From: Candidatus Mediterraneibacter pullicola
GTDB lineage: Bacteria > Bacillota > Clostridia > Lachnospirales > Lachnospiraceae
Length of the DNA stretch: 64,000 nucleotides
Assembly: GCA_019117065.1 (NCBI GenBank)
Contig: DXAK01000043.1
Coordinates: forward strand, 124,671-188,670
Direction: 5' to 3'
Shown here: piece by piece, positions 19,135 through 28,175 of the stretch
Position numbering within the stretch: position 1 is the first letter of the stretch
Layout of the letters: each line of letters starts with the position of its first letter
The notes under the pieces: model-generated
Seen by the model: only the letters and a program-made list of their open reading frames with translations
What the model was told of the DNA's origin: nothing
Databases searched by the model: none
Position numbers and translations under genes: made by a program

Positions 19135-19163
19135 GTGAAAAACAGAGTGGAATCTGTTATACT
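19135..19163 (+). promoter_or_regulatory. Extended -10 promoter plus conserved 29-mer (copy A, upstream of DUF554 gene)
   Basis: GTGAAAAACAGAGTGGAATCTGTTATACT. It has a TGtTATACT extended -10 and matches the copy at 19935-19963 at 26 of 29 positions. Confidence 0.45.
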
Positions 19164-19199
19164 CTAATGGCATGAAAAAATCTGGAGAGAGTATGCATT

Positions 19200-19919
19200 A
19201 TGATCGGGTTAGGAACAATGATAAATGTAGCGGCCATCATCATCGGCGGTCTGATCGGGCTTATGTGCAAAAAGATCAGCAGCGCCAGATATCAGGACAC
19301 GCTGATGCAGGCCAACGGTGTGTGCGTCCTGTTTGTGGGAATCGGCGGAGCCATACAGGAGATGATGAAAGTATCCGGGGATTCGCTGGTGAGCAGCGGG
19401 ACGATGATGATCGTGGCGAGTTTTGCAGCCGGTTCCCTTATCGGGGAATGGATCAATATGGAAGAGAAGATGGAGCGCTTTGGGAGCTGGCTGAAAAATA
19501 AGACCGGCAATCGCAGGGAAAATATGTTTGTGGATGCGTTTGTCACCGCGTCCCTGACAGTGTGTGTCGGGGCGATGGCGGTTGTGGGAGCCATCCATGA
19601 CGGTATCACAGGCGATTATTCTACATTGCTTTTGAAGGCTGTGCTGGACATGCTGATCATATTCGTGATGACTGCCGCCATGGGAAAGGGCTGTATCTTT
19701 GCCGCCATCCCGGTGGGAATCTTTCAGGGGGCGATTACGCTCTTTGCAAGGGCGGTTCAGCCGGTCATGACGGAGCAGGCGCTTTCCAATCTATCTTTGA
19801 CCGGCTCCATGCTTATTTTCTGTGTGGGTGTGAACATGGTCTGGGGCAAAAAGTTCAAGGTGGCGAACATGCTGCCGTCGATCGTGATCGCTGTAGTCTG
19901 CGCGTTCGCAGGGATATGA
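19200..19919 (+). CDS. DUF554 family membrane protein (YdfK/YqgA-like)
   Basis: Small polytopic membrane protein starting MIGLGTMINVAAIIIGGLIG..., characteristic of DUF554. Confidence 0.75.
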   Translation: MIGLGTMINVAAIIIGGLIGLMCKKISSARYQDTLMQANGVCVLFVGIGGAIQEMMKVSGDSLVSSGTMMIVASFAAGSLIGEWINMEEKMERFGSWLKNKTGNRRENMFVDAFVTASLTVCVGAMAVVGAIHDGITGDYSTLLLKAVLDMLIIFVMTAAMGKGCIFAAIPVGIFQGAITLFARAVQPVMTEQALSNLSLTGSMLIFCVGVNMVWGKKFKVANMLPSIVIAVVCAFAGI

Positions 19920-19934
19920 TCGTTAAAGAAAAGG

Positions 19935-19969
19935 GTGAAAAGCAGAGTGAAATCTGTTATAATCAGATT
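19935..19969 (+). promoter_or_regulatory. Extended -10 promoter plus conserved 29-mer (copy B, upstream of pepD) with palindrome
   Basis: GTGAAAAGCAGAGTGAAATCTGTTATAAT. The -10 is embedded in AATCTG-TTATAAT-CAGATT (19951-19969). Confidence 0.45.
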
Positions 19970-20035
19970 CACAGGTAATACAGACAGTCAGAATGCATAC
20001 CTTCATAAAAATCATGATAGAAAAGAGGAAGAACA

Positions 20036-21496
20036 ATGGAGTATAAGATCACAGGTTACAAACCGGAAAAATTATTTCACTTTTTTGAGGAGATCAGCGC
20101 GATCCCGAGAGGATCTGGAAATGAGAAGGAGATCAGCGACTACCTTGTCAAATTCGCAAAAGACAGGGGACTGTGGGTACACCAGGATGAGGCGTATAAT
20201 GTTATCATCAAAAAAGGCGGCAGCAAAGGCGCGGAGGATAAAGCTCCGGTCATGCTCCAGGGACATCTTGATATGGTGTGCGACAAGCGCGCCGGTGTGG
20301 AGCACGATTTTGAGAAAGATGGGATCAGCCTGGTTGTAAAGGACGGGATTCTCTCTGCTGACGGCACGACACTTGGTTCCGATAACGGAGTGGCAGTTGC
20401 CCTGATGATGATGGTCCTAGACGATGAAGAGATACAGCATCCGCCGGTGGAATGTGTGTTTACAACGGAAGAGGAGGTAGGACTTAACGGAGCGCAGGCG
20501 CTCGACAAATCTCTTATCACAGCCCGCACCATGATAAATATGGATTCTGAAGAAGAGGGCGTGGCTACGATAAGCTGTGCAGGCGGACTGCGCATCCAGT
20601 TCACAAGACCGGTTAAAAGAGAAGCGGCGGAAGGCAGTCTGGTTTCCATTAAGATCGAGGGGCTTCTCGGCGGACATTCCGGCATGGATATCAGCAAGGA
20701 GAGACAGAATGCCAACCTTCTGATGGGGCGCATGACAGATTATCTGATGAAGAACACAGACGGAAAGCTGGTAAGCTTCGCCGGAGGGACAAAGGATAAC
20801 GCCATAACAAGAGAGTGTGAGGCAGCCCTGATCTATGCAGACAAAGGGGAAGCTCAAAAAGCAGAGAAGTTCGCCTGCGCGCTGGCACAGGATTTTGCGG
20901 ATGAGATCACACCCTACGAACCGGATTTCGCCTGCGAGATCACTGTGGAAGATGGAAGGATCGCGTCGGCGATCCCCCGGGAGGATGCAAAAGCATTTGT
21001 AAGTGCTATCCGCCTTGCGCCAAATGGAGTGTTCAGCCGTAATCCTCACATGGATGGCTTTGTCGTGACATCCTCTAACATGGGCGTGGTGCGGACAGAA
21101 GAGGATAAGCTTGTGTTCATTGTATCCCCTCGTTCTTCCGTCGCATCCCTGCAGGAAGACACAAAGGCACGTTTTCAGACCTTGGCGGATTCTTTTGGGT
21201 TCGAGGCGGAATACAGCGGAGAGTATCCGGGCTGGAGCTACGCAGAGCAGTCCCGGATCCGGGAAGTCTTTGTAGAGAGCTATCGCGAGCTCTTTGGCAA
21301 AGAGCTGAAGCTTGAGGCAATCCACGCAGGACTGGAATGCGGACTTTTCACCGAGGCGATACCGGGGCTTGACGCCATTGCGGTGGGCCCCACTCTGTAC
21401 GATGTGCATACACCGGATGAGCACGTGCCGCTGGATTCCTTTGAGCGTTTCTATGAGCTGCTGCAGGCCGTATTGAAAAAACTGGCGGAAGGATGA
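20036..21496 (+). CDS. pepD: Aminoacyl-histidine (Xaa-His) dipeptidase, M20C
   Basis: 486 aa with IPRGSGNEKE, GHLDMV and the TTEEEVGLNGA metal-ligand blocks of PepD. Confidence 0.9.
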   Translation: MEYKITGYKPEKLFHFFEEISAIPRGSGNEKEISDYLVKFAKDRGLWVHQDEAYNVIIKKGGSKGAEDKAPVMLQGHLDMVCDKRAGVEHDFEKDGISLVVKDGILSADGTTLGSDNGVAVALMMMVLDDEEIQHPPVECVFTTEEEVGLNGAQALDKSLITARTMINMDSEEEGVATISCAGGLRIQFTRPVKREAAEGSLVSIKIEGLLGGHSGMDISKERQNANLLMGRMTDYLMKNTDGKLVSFAGGTKDNAITRECEAALIYADKGEAQKAEKFACALAQDFADEITPYEPDFACEITVEDGRIASAIPREDAKAFVSAIRLAPNGVFSRNPHMDGFVVTSSNMGVVRTEEDKLVFIVSPRSSVASLQEDTKARFQTLADSFGFEAEYSGEYPGWSYAEQSRIREVFVESYRELFGKELKLEAIHAGLECGLFTEAIPGLDAIAVGPTLYDVHTPDEHVPLDSFERFYELLQAVLKKLAEG

Positions 21497-21516
21497 TCCT
21501 GACCATATGAAGTGAC

Positions 21517-21549
21517 AAAGAGCGGCACCCGGAGGGCGCTGCTCTTTCT
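21517..21549 (+). terminator. Probable pepD terminator
   Basis: AGAGCGGC-ACCCGGAGGGC-GCTGCTCT hairpin followed by TTTCT. Confidence 0.55.
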
Positions 21550-21730
21550 AAATGGATTTTAATTGACTGTTCGCTGGGAACCTTTTTGGCAGAAGAAAGG
21601 TATCTTATACAGAACATAACAAATGCGCTCTGAGCAGCGGCAGGAGAGGAGAATGCCGCCGCGTGCCTGTGAGCGGGGACAAGGACGTGGATAGAAAGAA
21701 TTAAGAGCCAATAAGTAAAAGGAGACAGAT

Positions 21731-22714
21731 ATGGATACATTTTACACGCAGCTTAAGAGGGCGCTGGAAACAACAGAAAGGGATGTATGGATAGAGACTG
21801 TTTTAGAGGGGGAGCGCAGAGGAGAAAAACGTCTGCTAACCTCTGCGCCGGACGAGGAAAAAGACAGTCCCCGTGTGTTCCGTGAGCGCGTGGGGCGGTC
21901 TCCGAAGCTTATCATCTGCGGAGGGGGGCATGTGTCCATACCGGTAATTAAGATGGGAAAAATGCTAGGATTCGTGGTGACTGTGCTGGAGGATCGCCCG
22001 AAGTTCGCGGACAACGCAAGGGCGGCAGGGGCGGATACAGTCATATGTGAGCCGTTTTCCATAGAGCTTTCCAAGATTAGAGGAGATTCAGACACATGGT
22101 TTGTGATCGTGACGAGAGGGCACCGCTATGACACAGAATGTTTGGAGGAAATCCTGAAAAAGCAGTATGCCTATGTGGGAATGATGGGCAGCAGGCGCAG
22201 GGTGGCGATTGTAAAGGATCAGCTTGAGGAAAGAGGAATAGACAGAGCAGAGTTGGAGCGTGTCTATACGCCCATTGGCCTAAAGATCGGGGCGCAGACC
22301 CCGGAAGAGATTGCAGTATCGATCATGGCAGAAGTTATCCAAGTGAAGAACAGCCGGCAGAGGACGGGGGGATACTCGAAAGAGCTTCTGAATGCCCTGT
22401 TTGTGCCGGATGAAGGAGACGGAGCGGGTGATACACAGAAAAAAGTGCTTGCGACGATCATTTCCAGAAAAGGTTCTGCTCCCCGGGATGTGGGAACAAA
22501 GATGCTTATTAGGGAAGACGGGACGACAGTGGATACGATCGGAGGCGGATGTGTGGAGAGTGAGATCATACAGAAGGCCCTGCTCATGATGCGTACCGGG
22601 AAGGAACGGTATCAGATATGCAGAGTAGACATGACGTTAGAGGCTGCGGAAGATGAAGGAATGGTCTGCGGAGGCGTCGTGGAAGTGATGCTGGAATACA
22701 TTTCACGCCATTAA
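21731..22714 (+). CDS. XdhC/CoxI-family molybdenum hydroxylase maturation factor (atypical domain order)
   Basis: Rossmann-like XdhC_C segment (KLIICGGGHVSIPV...VTRGHRYD...YVGMMGSRRR) lies in the N-terminal two thirds. A complete XdhC_CoxI-type segment (VLATIISRKGSAPRDVGTKMLIREDGTTVDTIGGGCVE) lies at the C-terminus. Confidence 0.8.
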   Translation: MDTFYTQLKRALETTERDVWIETVLEGERRGEKRLLTSAPDEEKDSPRVFRERVGRSPKLIICGGGHVSIPVIKMGKMLGFVVTVLEDRPKFADNARAAGADTVICEPFSIELSKIRGDSDTWFVIVTRGHRYDTECLEEILKKQYAYVGMMGSRRRVAIVKDQLEERGIDRAELERVYTPIGLKIGAQTPEEIAVSIMAEVIQVKNSRQRTGGYSKELLNALFVPDEGDGAGDTQKKVLATIISRKGSAPRDVGTKMLIREDGTTVDTIGGGCVESEIIQKALLMMRTGKERYQICRVDMTLEAAEDEGMVCGGVVEVMLEYISRH

Positions 22715-22852
22715 AAGGTATTTCACAAACAAGTATTATTTTTGGTTGACATGGATTCACCCGGATGTTACTCTGGAAATAAAGAAAGACAGAAGCAGTC
22801 CGGCAAGGCGACTGACGCGCGGCTGGACCGGAACTGTGGAAGACAACATGTA

Positions 22853-22918
22853 TACTTATATAGGTTCATAATCGGTTGAACGTCTCTACCAGCCGCCGCA
22901 AACGGCTGACTATGAGTA
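22853..22918 (+). promoter_or_regulatory. Purine riboswitch aptamer, guanine/hypoxanthine/xanthine class (C at the specificity position)
   Basis: ACUUAUA-UAG-GUUCA-UAAUCGG-UUGAAC-GUCUCUACC-AGCCG-CCGCAAA-CGGCU-GAC-UAUGAGU. This gives P1/P2/P3, a GG in L2 and CC in L3 for the loop-loop contact, a J2/3 UCUCUAC core and GAC-UAUG (C74 equivalent). Confidence 0.8.
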
Positions 22919-22968
22919 TGCGGGATGGACAGTGTGCCATTGTGCGTATACAGAAAGGAGGCAGGCCG

Positions 22969-24252
22969 GTGAATGAACCTGTTTTTATTTTAAAAGGGAA
23001 TATTATATACAGTAAGAGTTTGACGGAACTAGCTGTCTGTGAGCACGGGTATCTCGTGTGCAGGGACGGCAGGACAGAGGGGGTATATCAGACTTTACCG
23101 TTTAAGCTGGGAGGTAATCCTATCCGTGATTATGGAGATTGTCTGATCATTCCAGGACTAGTGGATCTGCACATACACGCACCTCAGTATTCATTCCGGG
23201 GACTGGGGATGGATATGGAGTTGCTGGAATGGCTGGAGACGAATACCTTTCCGGAAGAAGCAAAATATAAGAATCAGGAATACGCAAAGAAGGCGTACAC
23301 GATTTTTTCAGATAATATGAGGAGAAGCGCTACAACCCGCGCTTGTATTTTCGGCACCGTCCACAGAGCGGCGACCCTGCTTCTGATGGATCTTATGGAG
23401 AAAACTGGACTAATCACTTATGTAGGCAAGGTGAATATGGATCGGAATACGCCAGAGTATCTGCGGGAAGAGACGCAGGCGTCGGCAGAAGAGACACGGG
23501 AGTGGATTAAAGATGTACTCCACAGAAAGTATAAGAATACCCGTCCCATCCTGACGCCGCGTTTCACACCGAGCTGTACAGATGAACTGATGGAAGAATT
23601 AAAGAAATTACAGATGCGTTACAGTCTTCCTCTCCATTCTCACCTTTCCGAGAACAGAAGCGAAGTCGAGTGGGTGAAAGAACTGTGCCCGTGGTCCGAG
23701 TTTTACGGTGACGCCTATGACAGGTTCGGACTTTTTGGGTCAGACTGTCCCACAGTCATGGCTCACTGTGTGTACAGTGATGACAGGGAGACCGCTCGGA
23801 TGAAAGAGAACGGCGTGTTTATCGCTCACTGCCCAGAGTCTAATATGAATGTATCGTCGGGGATTGCTCCTGTGAGAAAATTTTTAAGAGAAGAGCTGAA
23901 CGTAGGGCTGGGAAGCGATGTGGCGGCAGGGAGTACAGAGAATCTTTTCCGTGCTATGGCACATGCGGTTCAGGCGTCCAAATTAAGATGGAGGCTTACG
24001 GATGAAAGTCTTGCTCCGCTGGCGGTGGAAGAAGTGTTCTATATGGCGACAAAGGGCGGCGGAAGATTTTTCGGTCAGGTTGGAGGATTTGAACCGGGAT
24101 ATGAGTTTGACGCGCTGGTACTAGATGATTCCAGACTATCTCACCCTCAGGCTCTTGATGTCAGAAGCAGGCTGGAGCGGATGATTTATCTGGCGGATGA
24201 ACGAGAGATACAGGCAAAATATGTAAAGGGAATAGAGATTGATCTTTCATAA
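22969..24252 (+). CDS. guaD: Guanine deaminase (amidohydrolase superfamily)
   Basis: GTG 22969 with AAAGGAGG RBS 7 nt upstream. HxH motif (DLHIHAPQ), HLSEN and a C-terminal GSDV metal ligand region. Confidence 0.85.
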   Translation: MNEPVFILKGNIIYSKSLTELAVCEHGYLVCRDGRTEGVYQTLPFKLGGNPIRDYGDCLIIPGLVDLHIHAPQYSFRGLGMDMELLEWLETNTFPEEAKYKNQEYAKKAYTIFSDNMRRSATTRACIFGTVHRAATLLLMDLMEKTGLITYVGKVNMDRNTPEYLREETQASAEETREWIKDVLHRKYKNTRPILTPRFTPSCTDELMEELKKLQMRYSLPLHSHLSENRSEVEWVKELCPWSEFYGDAYDRFGLFGSDCPTVMAHCVYSDDRETARMKENGVFIAHCPESNMNVSSGIAPVRKFLREELNVGLGSDVAAGSTENLFRAMAHAVQASKLRWRLTDESLAPLAVEEVFYMATKGGGRFFGQVGGFEPGYEFDALVLDDSRLSHPQALDVRSRLERMIYLADEREIQAKYVKGIEIDLS

Positions 24253-24266
24253 ACGGAGGTGAGTGT

Positions 24267-26564
24267 ATGAAAGAAAAAGACCACATTATCGGACAGAGTG
24301 TGAAGAGAGTGGACGCTTTGGAGAAGGTAACCGGGCGCGCGAAATATGTGGATGACCTGTGTGACCGTAATGTCTATGTGGCGAAGGTGTTTCACGCAGA
24401 TATCGCTCACGGATATGTAAAATCCATAGACACGTCGGAGGCGGAGAAGATCCCGGGAGTGGTAAAGATCGTGACGTGCTTTGATGTGCCTAAAAATTAT
24501 TTCCCAACGGCAGGACATCCGTGGTCCACGGAACAGGGGCATCAGGATGTGTGCGACCGTCTCCTGCTGACAGATCATGTGAGGTTCTATGGAGACGATG
24601 TGGCGGCAGTAGTCGCAGAGAATGAAGTAGCGGCCGCTCAGGCAGTCCGTGCTATCAAGGCAGAGTACGAAGAACTTCCCTTTGTTCTGGATGTGCATAA
24701 GGCGATGGAGGACGGCGCTCCACGGATTCATGAGAACTATTCTCATAATATACTGGCGCACACTTCCATACGGAACGGGGATTATGAGGCCGCCATCAAA
24801 GAGCCGGGGCTTACTAAGGTCGAGGGCTGGTATGAGACGCCCACGGTACAGCACTGCCACATCGAGAACTTTATCTGCTACGCCTATATGGAGCAGGGCA
24901 GGATCGTTGTCGTATCCTCAACACAGATCCCGCATATATGCCGCAGGGTCGTAGGTCAGGCGCTGGGGATCCCGTGGGGGCAGGTGCGGATCATCAAGCC
25001 GTATATCGGCGGGGGATTCGGCAACAAGCAGGATGTCCTGTACGAGCCTCTGTGTGCGTATCTAAGTACGGTGACGGGAGGAAGACCGATAAAACTGGAT
25101 GTGTCGAGGGAAGAGACATTTGCCTCAACGAGAGTCCGGCACGCTATTCATTTCCATATTGTGTCTTATGTACGGCCAGACGGGACGTACTCGGCGCGCA
25201 AGTTTGAGAGTTTTTCCGATCAGGGGGCGTATGCGTCCCACGGGCACAGCATCGCAGCGAAAGGGATGGGATGTTTCCCGCAGCTCTATCCGTGCCCGAA
25301 TATCGAGGCAGATACATATACGGTTTTTACGAACAAATCTGTAGCGGGAGCTATGAGAGGCTACGGAATCCCACAGGCAATGTTCGCGATGGAGAGCCAT
25401 ACCGAGGATGTGGCGCGCGCCATGGGGATTTCACCGTATGAGTTCCGTATGAGGAACGTAATGCCCAAAGGATTTAAGGACGGATTTTCAAAAAATCTCA
25501 ATTACTATGACAGTTTTAGGGAGTGCATGGAGAAAGGACGCAAAGAATTTGATTACGACAGACGTATGGAGAAATATGCCTGTCAGGAGGGAGACATACG
25601 CCGGGGTGTAGGCATGTCAGTGTTCTGGTACAATACCGGAGTGTGGCCCATTTCTCTTGAGACTTCGGCGTGCCGTATGGTGCTCAATCAGGACGGCAGC
25701 ATCCAAGTTCAGGTAGGCGAGACGGAGATCGGGCAGGGAGCAGACACAGCGTTTGCCCAGATGGCGGCGGAGACGCTGGGGATTCCATTTGACATGGTGC
25801 ATGTGATCTCCACGCAGGATACGGACGTCACGCCATTTGGGACAGGGGCGTATGCGTCAAGGCAGACTTATATGGCAGGATTCTCCATACGACAGACAGG
25901 AGAACTCTTGCGCGAGAAAATATTGGAGACTGCCCGTGACCTAACAAGGCAGATGAAAGAAAATTTGGACATTGTAAATGGAAACGTTGTCAGGATTTCT
26001 GACGGGGAAGTGCTGATGAGTTTAGGGGAACTGGCAACAGAAAAGCTGTACAGCCTGACGGATAACGGGCATTTGACGGCGGAGAGCAGCTATCAGATCA
26101 AAAACAACGCCTACTCTTTCGGGTGCACCTTTGTCGAGGTGGAGGTGGATATTCCCGGTTGCCGCGCGCAGGTGACAGATATGTTAAATGTTCATGACTG
26201 CGGAAGGCTCATCAACCCTGCATTGGCGGAAGCGCAGGTGCACGGTGGTATGAGCATGGGCATTGGTTATGCGCTCTCAGAAAAGCTCCTTTTTGATGAG
26301 AAGACCGGAAAACCGCTCAACAATAATCTTCTGGATTATAAGCTGTCTACTTTTATGGATCATCCAGATCTCAAGGCGGCTTTTATTGAAAATGATGAGC
26401 CTACCAGTGCCTATGGGACAAAGGCGCTGGGGGAACCGCCTACATGTTCGCCTGCTCCGGCAATCCGCAACGCCATCCTTCAGGCGACGGGCGTGGCGCT
26501 AAACGAGATACCGATGCGGCCGCATCTGTTGTTTGAAGAGTTTAAGAAAGCGGAGCTGATCTGA
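24267..26564 (+). CDS. xdhA: Xanthine dehydrogenase family, molybdopterin-binding large subunit
   Basis: Aldehyde oxidase/XDH a/b-hammerhead and Moco-binding domains (GGGFGNK, GQGADTAFAQ). Followed by FAD and 2Fe-2S subunit genes. Confidence 0.9.
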   Translation: MKEKDHIIGQSVKRVDALEKVTGRAKYVDDLCDRNVYVAKVFHADIAHGYVKSIDTSEAEKIPGVVKIVTCFDVPKNYFPTAGHPWSTEQGHQDVCDRLLLTDHVRFYGDDVAAVVAENEVAAAQAVRAIKAEYEELPFVLDVHKAMEDGAPRIHENYSHNILAHTSIRNGDYEAAIKEPGLTKVEGWYETPTVQHCHIENFICYAYMEQGRIVVVSSTQIPHICRRVVGQALGIPWGQVRIIKPYIGGGFGNKQDVLYEPLCAYLSTVTGGRPIKLDVSREETFASTRVRHAIHFHIVSYVRPDGTYSARKFESFSDQGAYASHGHSIAAKGMGCFPQLYPCPNIEADTYTVFTNKSVAGAMRGYGIPQAMFAMESHTEDVARAMGISPYEFRMRNVMPKGFKDGFSKNLNYYDSFRECMEKGRKEFDYDRRMEKYACQEGDIRRGVGMSVFWYNTGVWPISLETSACRMVLNQDGSIQVQVGETEIGQGADTAFAQMAAETLGIPFDMVHVISTQDTDVTPFGTGAYASRQTYMAGFSIRQTGELLREKILETARDLTRQMKENLDIVNGNVVRISDGEVLMSLGELATEKLYSLTDNGHLTAESSYQIKNNAYSFGCTFVEVEVDIPGCRAQVTDMLNVHDCGRLINPALAEAQVHGGMSMGIGYALSEKLLFDEKTGKPLNNNLLDYKLSTFMDHPDLKAAFIENDEPTSAYGTKALGEPPTCSPAPAIRNAILQATGVALNEIPMRPHLLFEEFKKAELI

Positions 26565-26580
26565 GAAAGGGGGCAGACAT

Positions 26581-27474
26581 ATGTATGATATAAAAGCACT
26601 GTATGAGGCACAGAGTGTGTCTCACGCCGTGGAATTACTTCTGGAGCATCCGCACGCCCAGATTATTGCGGGCGGAAGCGATGTCCTTGTGCAGATGAGA
26701 GAGGGAAAACTGGCCGGCGCGGAGCTGGTGAGCATCTATGGATTGGATGAACTGCGGGGTGTGACGCTGGAGGGGGATGGAACGCTAAGAATCGGATCTC
26801 TGACCAGCTTCTCCCAAATTACCAGAGATCCTTTGATCCAGAAATACATCAATGTATTGGGCGAAGCAGTAGATATGGTGGGAGGACCCCAGATCCGAAA
26901 CATTGGGACGATTGGTGGAAACACATGCAACGGTGTCACATCAGCGGATTCGGCTTCTACCCTGTTTGCATGGGACGCAGTGATCGAGCTGACCGGGCCG
27001 GGCGGGGTGAGGAAGATTCCCATTGGAGATTTCTATATCAGGGCAGGAAAGGTAGACCTGCGTCCGGCAGAGATCCAGACAAGTATCCTTATACGAAAGG
27101 AATCTTATGAGGGATATGTGGGACATTATATTAAGTACGCTATGAGAAATGCGATGGATATCGCGACCCTTGGCTGTTCCGTGAATGTGAAACTTTCGGA
27201 AGATAAAAGTACCTTTGCTGATGTGCGAATCGCCTACGGGGTGGCAGGACCCGTCCCCATGCGTGCTATTCACGCGGAGGAGGCGGGCAGAGGACTTCCC
27301 GTGTCCGGACAGAGCATAGAACAGATTGGAAATACGGTTCTTGAAGATGTGACGCCACGCAACAGCTGGAGGGCGAGTAAGGCGTTCCGGGAGCACATCT
27401 CAAAAGTGCTCTGTAAGCGCTCGCTTGCTGAGGCGGTCACAAGGGCAGAAAATCTCGGGAAGGGGGCGTCGTGA
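26581..27474 (+). CDS. xdhB: Xanthine dehydrogenase FAD-binding subunit (CO dehydrogenase flavoprotein-like)
   Basis: FAD_binding_5 motif IIAGGSDVLVQM and a CO-DH flavoprotein C-terminal domain. Confidence 0.88.
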   Translation: MYDIKALYEAQSVSHAVELLLEHPHAQIIAGGSDVLVQMREGKLAGAELVSIYGLDELRGVTLEGDGTLRIGSLTSFSQITRDPLIQKYINVLGEAVDMVGGPQIRNIGTIGGNTCNGVTSADSASTLFAWDAVIELTGPGGVRKIPIGDFYIRAGKVDLRPAEIQTSILIRKESYEGYVGHYIKYAMRNAMDIATLGCSVNVKLSEDKSTFADVRIAYGVAGPVPMRAIHAEEAGRGLPVSGQSIEQIGNTVLEDVTPRNSWRASKAFREHISKVLCKRSLAEAVTRAENLGKGAS

Positions 27475-27992
27475 TGAGCGGGGAAACGAATTTTAAGAAG
27501 CAGTACAAATTGGTACGGTGCCGCATCAACGGTGTGGAGAGGGAGGTTATGGTAGATGCGAGGGCCTCCCTGACTGATATGCTGCGAAACGATTACTCCC
27601 TTACCAGTGTGAAGAAAGGCTGTGAGGTGGGAGAGTGCGGCGCTTGTAATGTCATCATTGATGGAGAGTGTTTTAACTCCTGCATTTATCTGGCGGTATG
27701 GGCGGACGGCAAAGACATTCGTACGCTGGAGGGGCTGATGGGCCCGAATGGAGAGCTGTCGGATATCCAGCAGGCGTTTATCGACGAGGCGGCAGTGCAG
27801 TGCGGATTCTGCACACCGGGTGTGATTATGAGTGCGGTGGAGATATTGGAAAACGCAGAGAAAACCGGGAGAGAATATACACGGGAGGAATTAAGAAAAC
27901 TCCTGTCAGGACATCTGTGCAGATGCACGGGGTATGAGAACATATTGAATGCCGTGGAAAAGACGATGAAGAAGAGACTCAGGGAGTCTTGA
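27474..27992 (+). CDS. xdhC: Xanthine dehydrogenase [2Fe-2S] subunit
   Basis: CEVGECGACNV plus CGFCTPG / CRCTGY cluster motifs. GTGATGA overlap with the upstream stop (a GTG at 27471 is an alternative start). Confidence 0.9.
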   Translation: MSGETNFKKQYKLVRCRINGVEREVMVDARASLTDMLRNDYSLTSVKKGCEVGECGACNVIIDGECFNSCIYLAVWADGKDIRTLEGLMGPNGELSDIQQAFIDEAAVQCGFCTPGVIMSAVEILENAEKTGREYTREELRKLLSGHLCRCTGYENILNAVEKTMKKRLRES

Positions 27993-28013
27993 AAGTTTTA
28001 TATAAAGGTCTAA

Positions 28014-28070
28014 GAGGCTGTTGCAAGATAGAAGATCGTTTATCTATCTTGCAACAGCTCCCTTTTTTCT
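28014..28070 (+). terminator. Intrinsic terminator of the guaD-xdhABC operon
   Basis: GCTGTTGCAAGATAG ... CTATCTTGCAACAGC (15-bp perfect stem) followed by TCCCTTTTTTCTT. Confidence 0.85.
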
Positions 28071-28175
28071 TCCTAAAATTACAGCAATGTACCTATGTGT
28101 TTGGTGAGGTAATCTGTGAAATAACATTTGATCCTGCATTGTCCGATATTGGATAATGCTACGTTCGATAAATAG

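Noticed and set aside
21553-21730. Possible Moco riboswitch upstream of the XdhC-like gene (and at 48297-48411 upstream of the ModE-like gene)
   Set aside because: There are some GC-rich helices (GCAGCGGCA...UGCCGCCGC). I could not find the conserved Moco-motif blocks as I remember them (CCUCCGAGCC, GGAAAGG). This needs cmscan and is not reportable from inspection.
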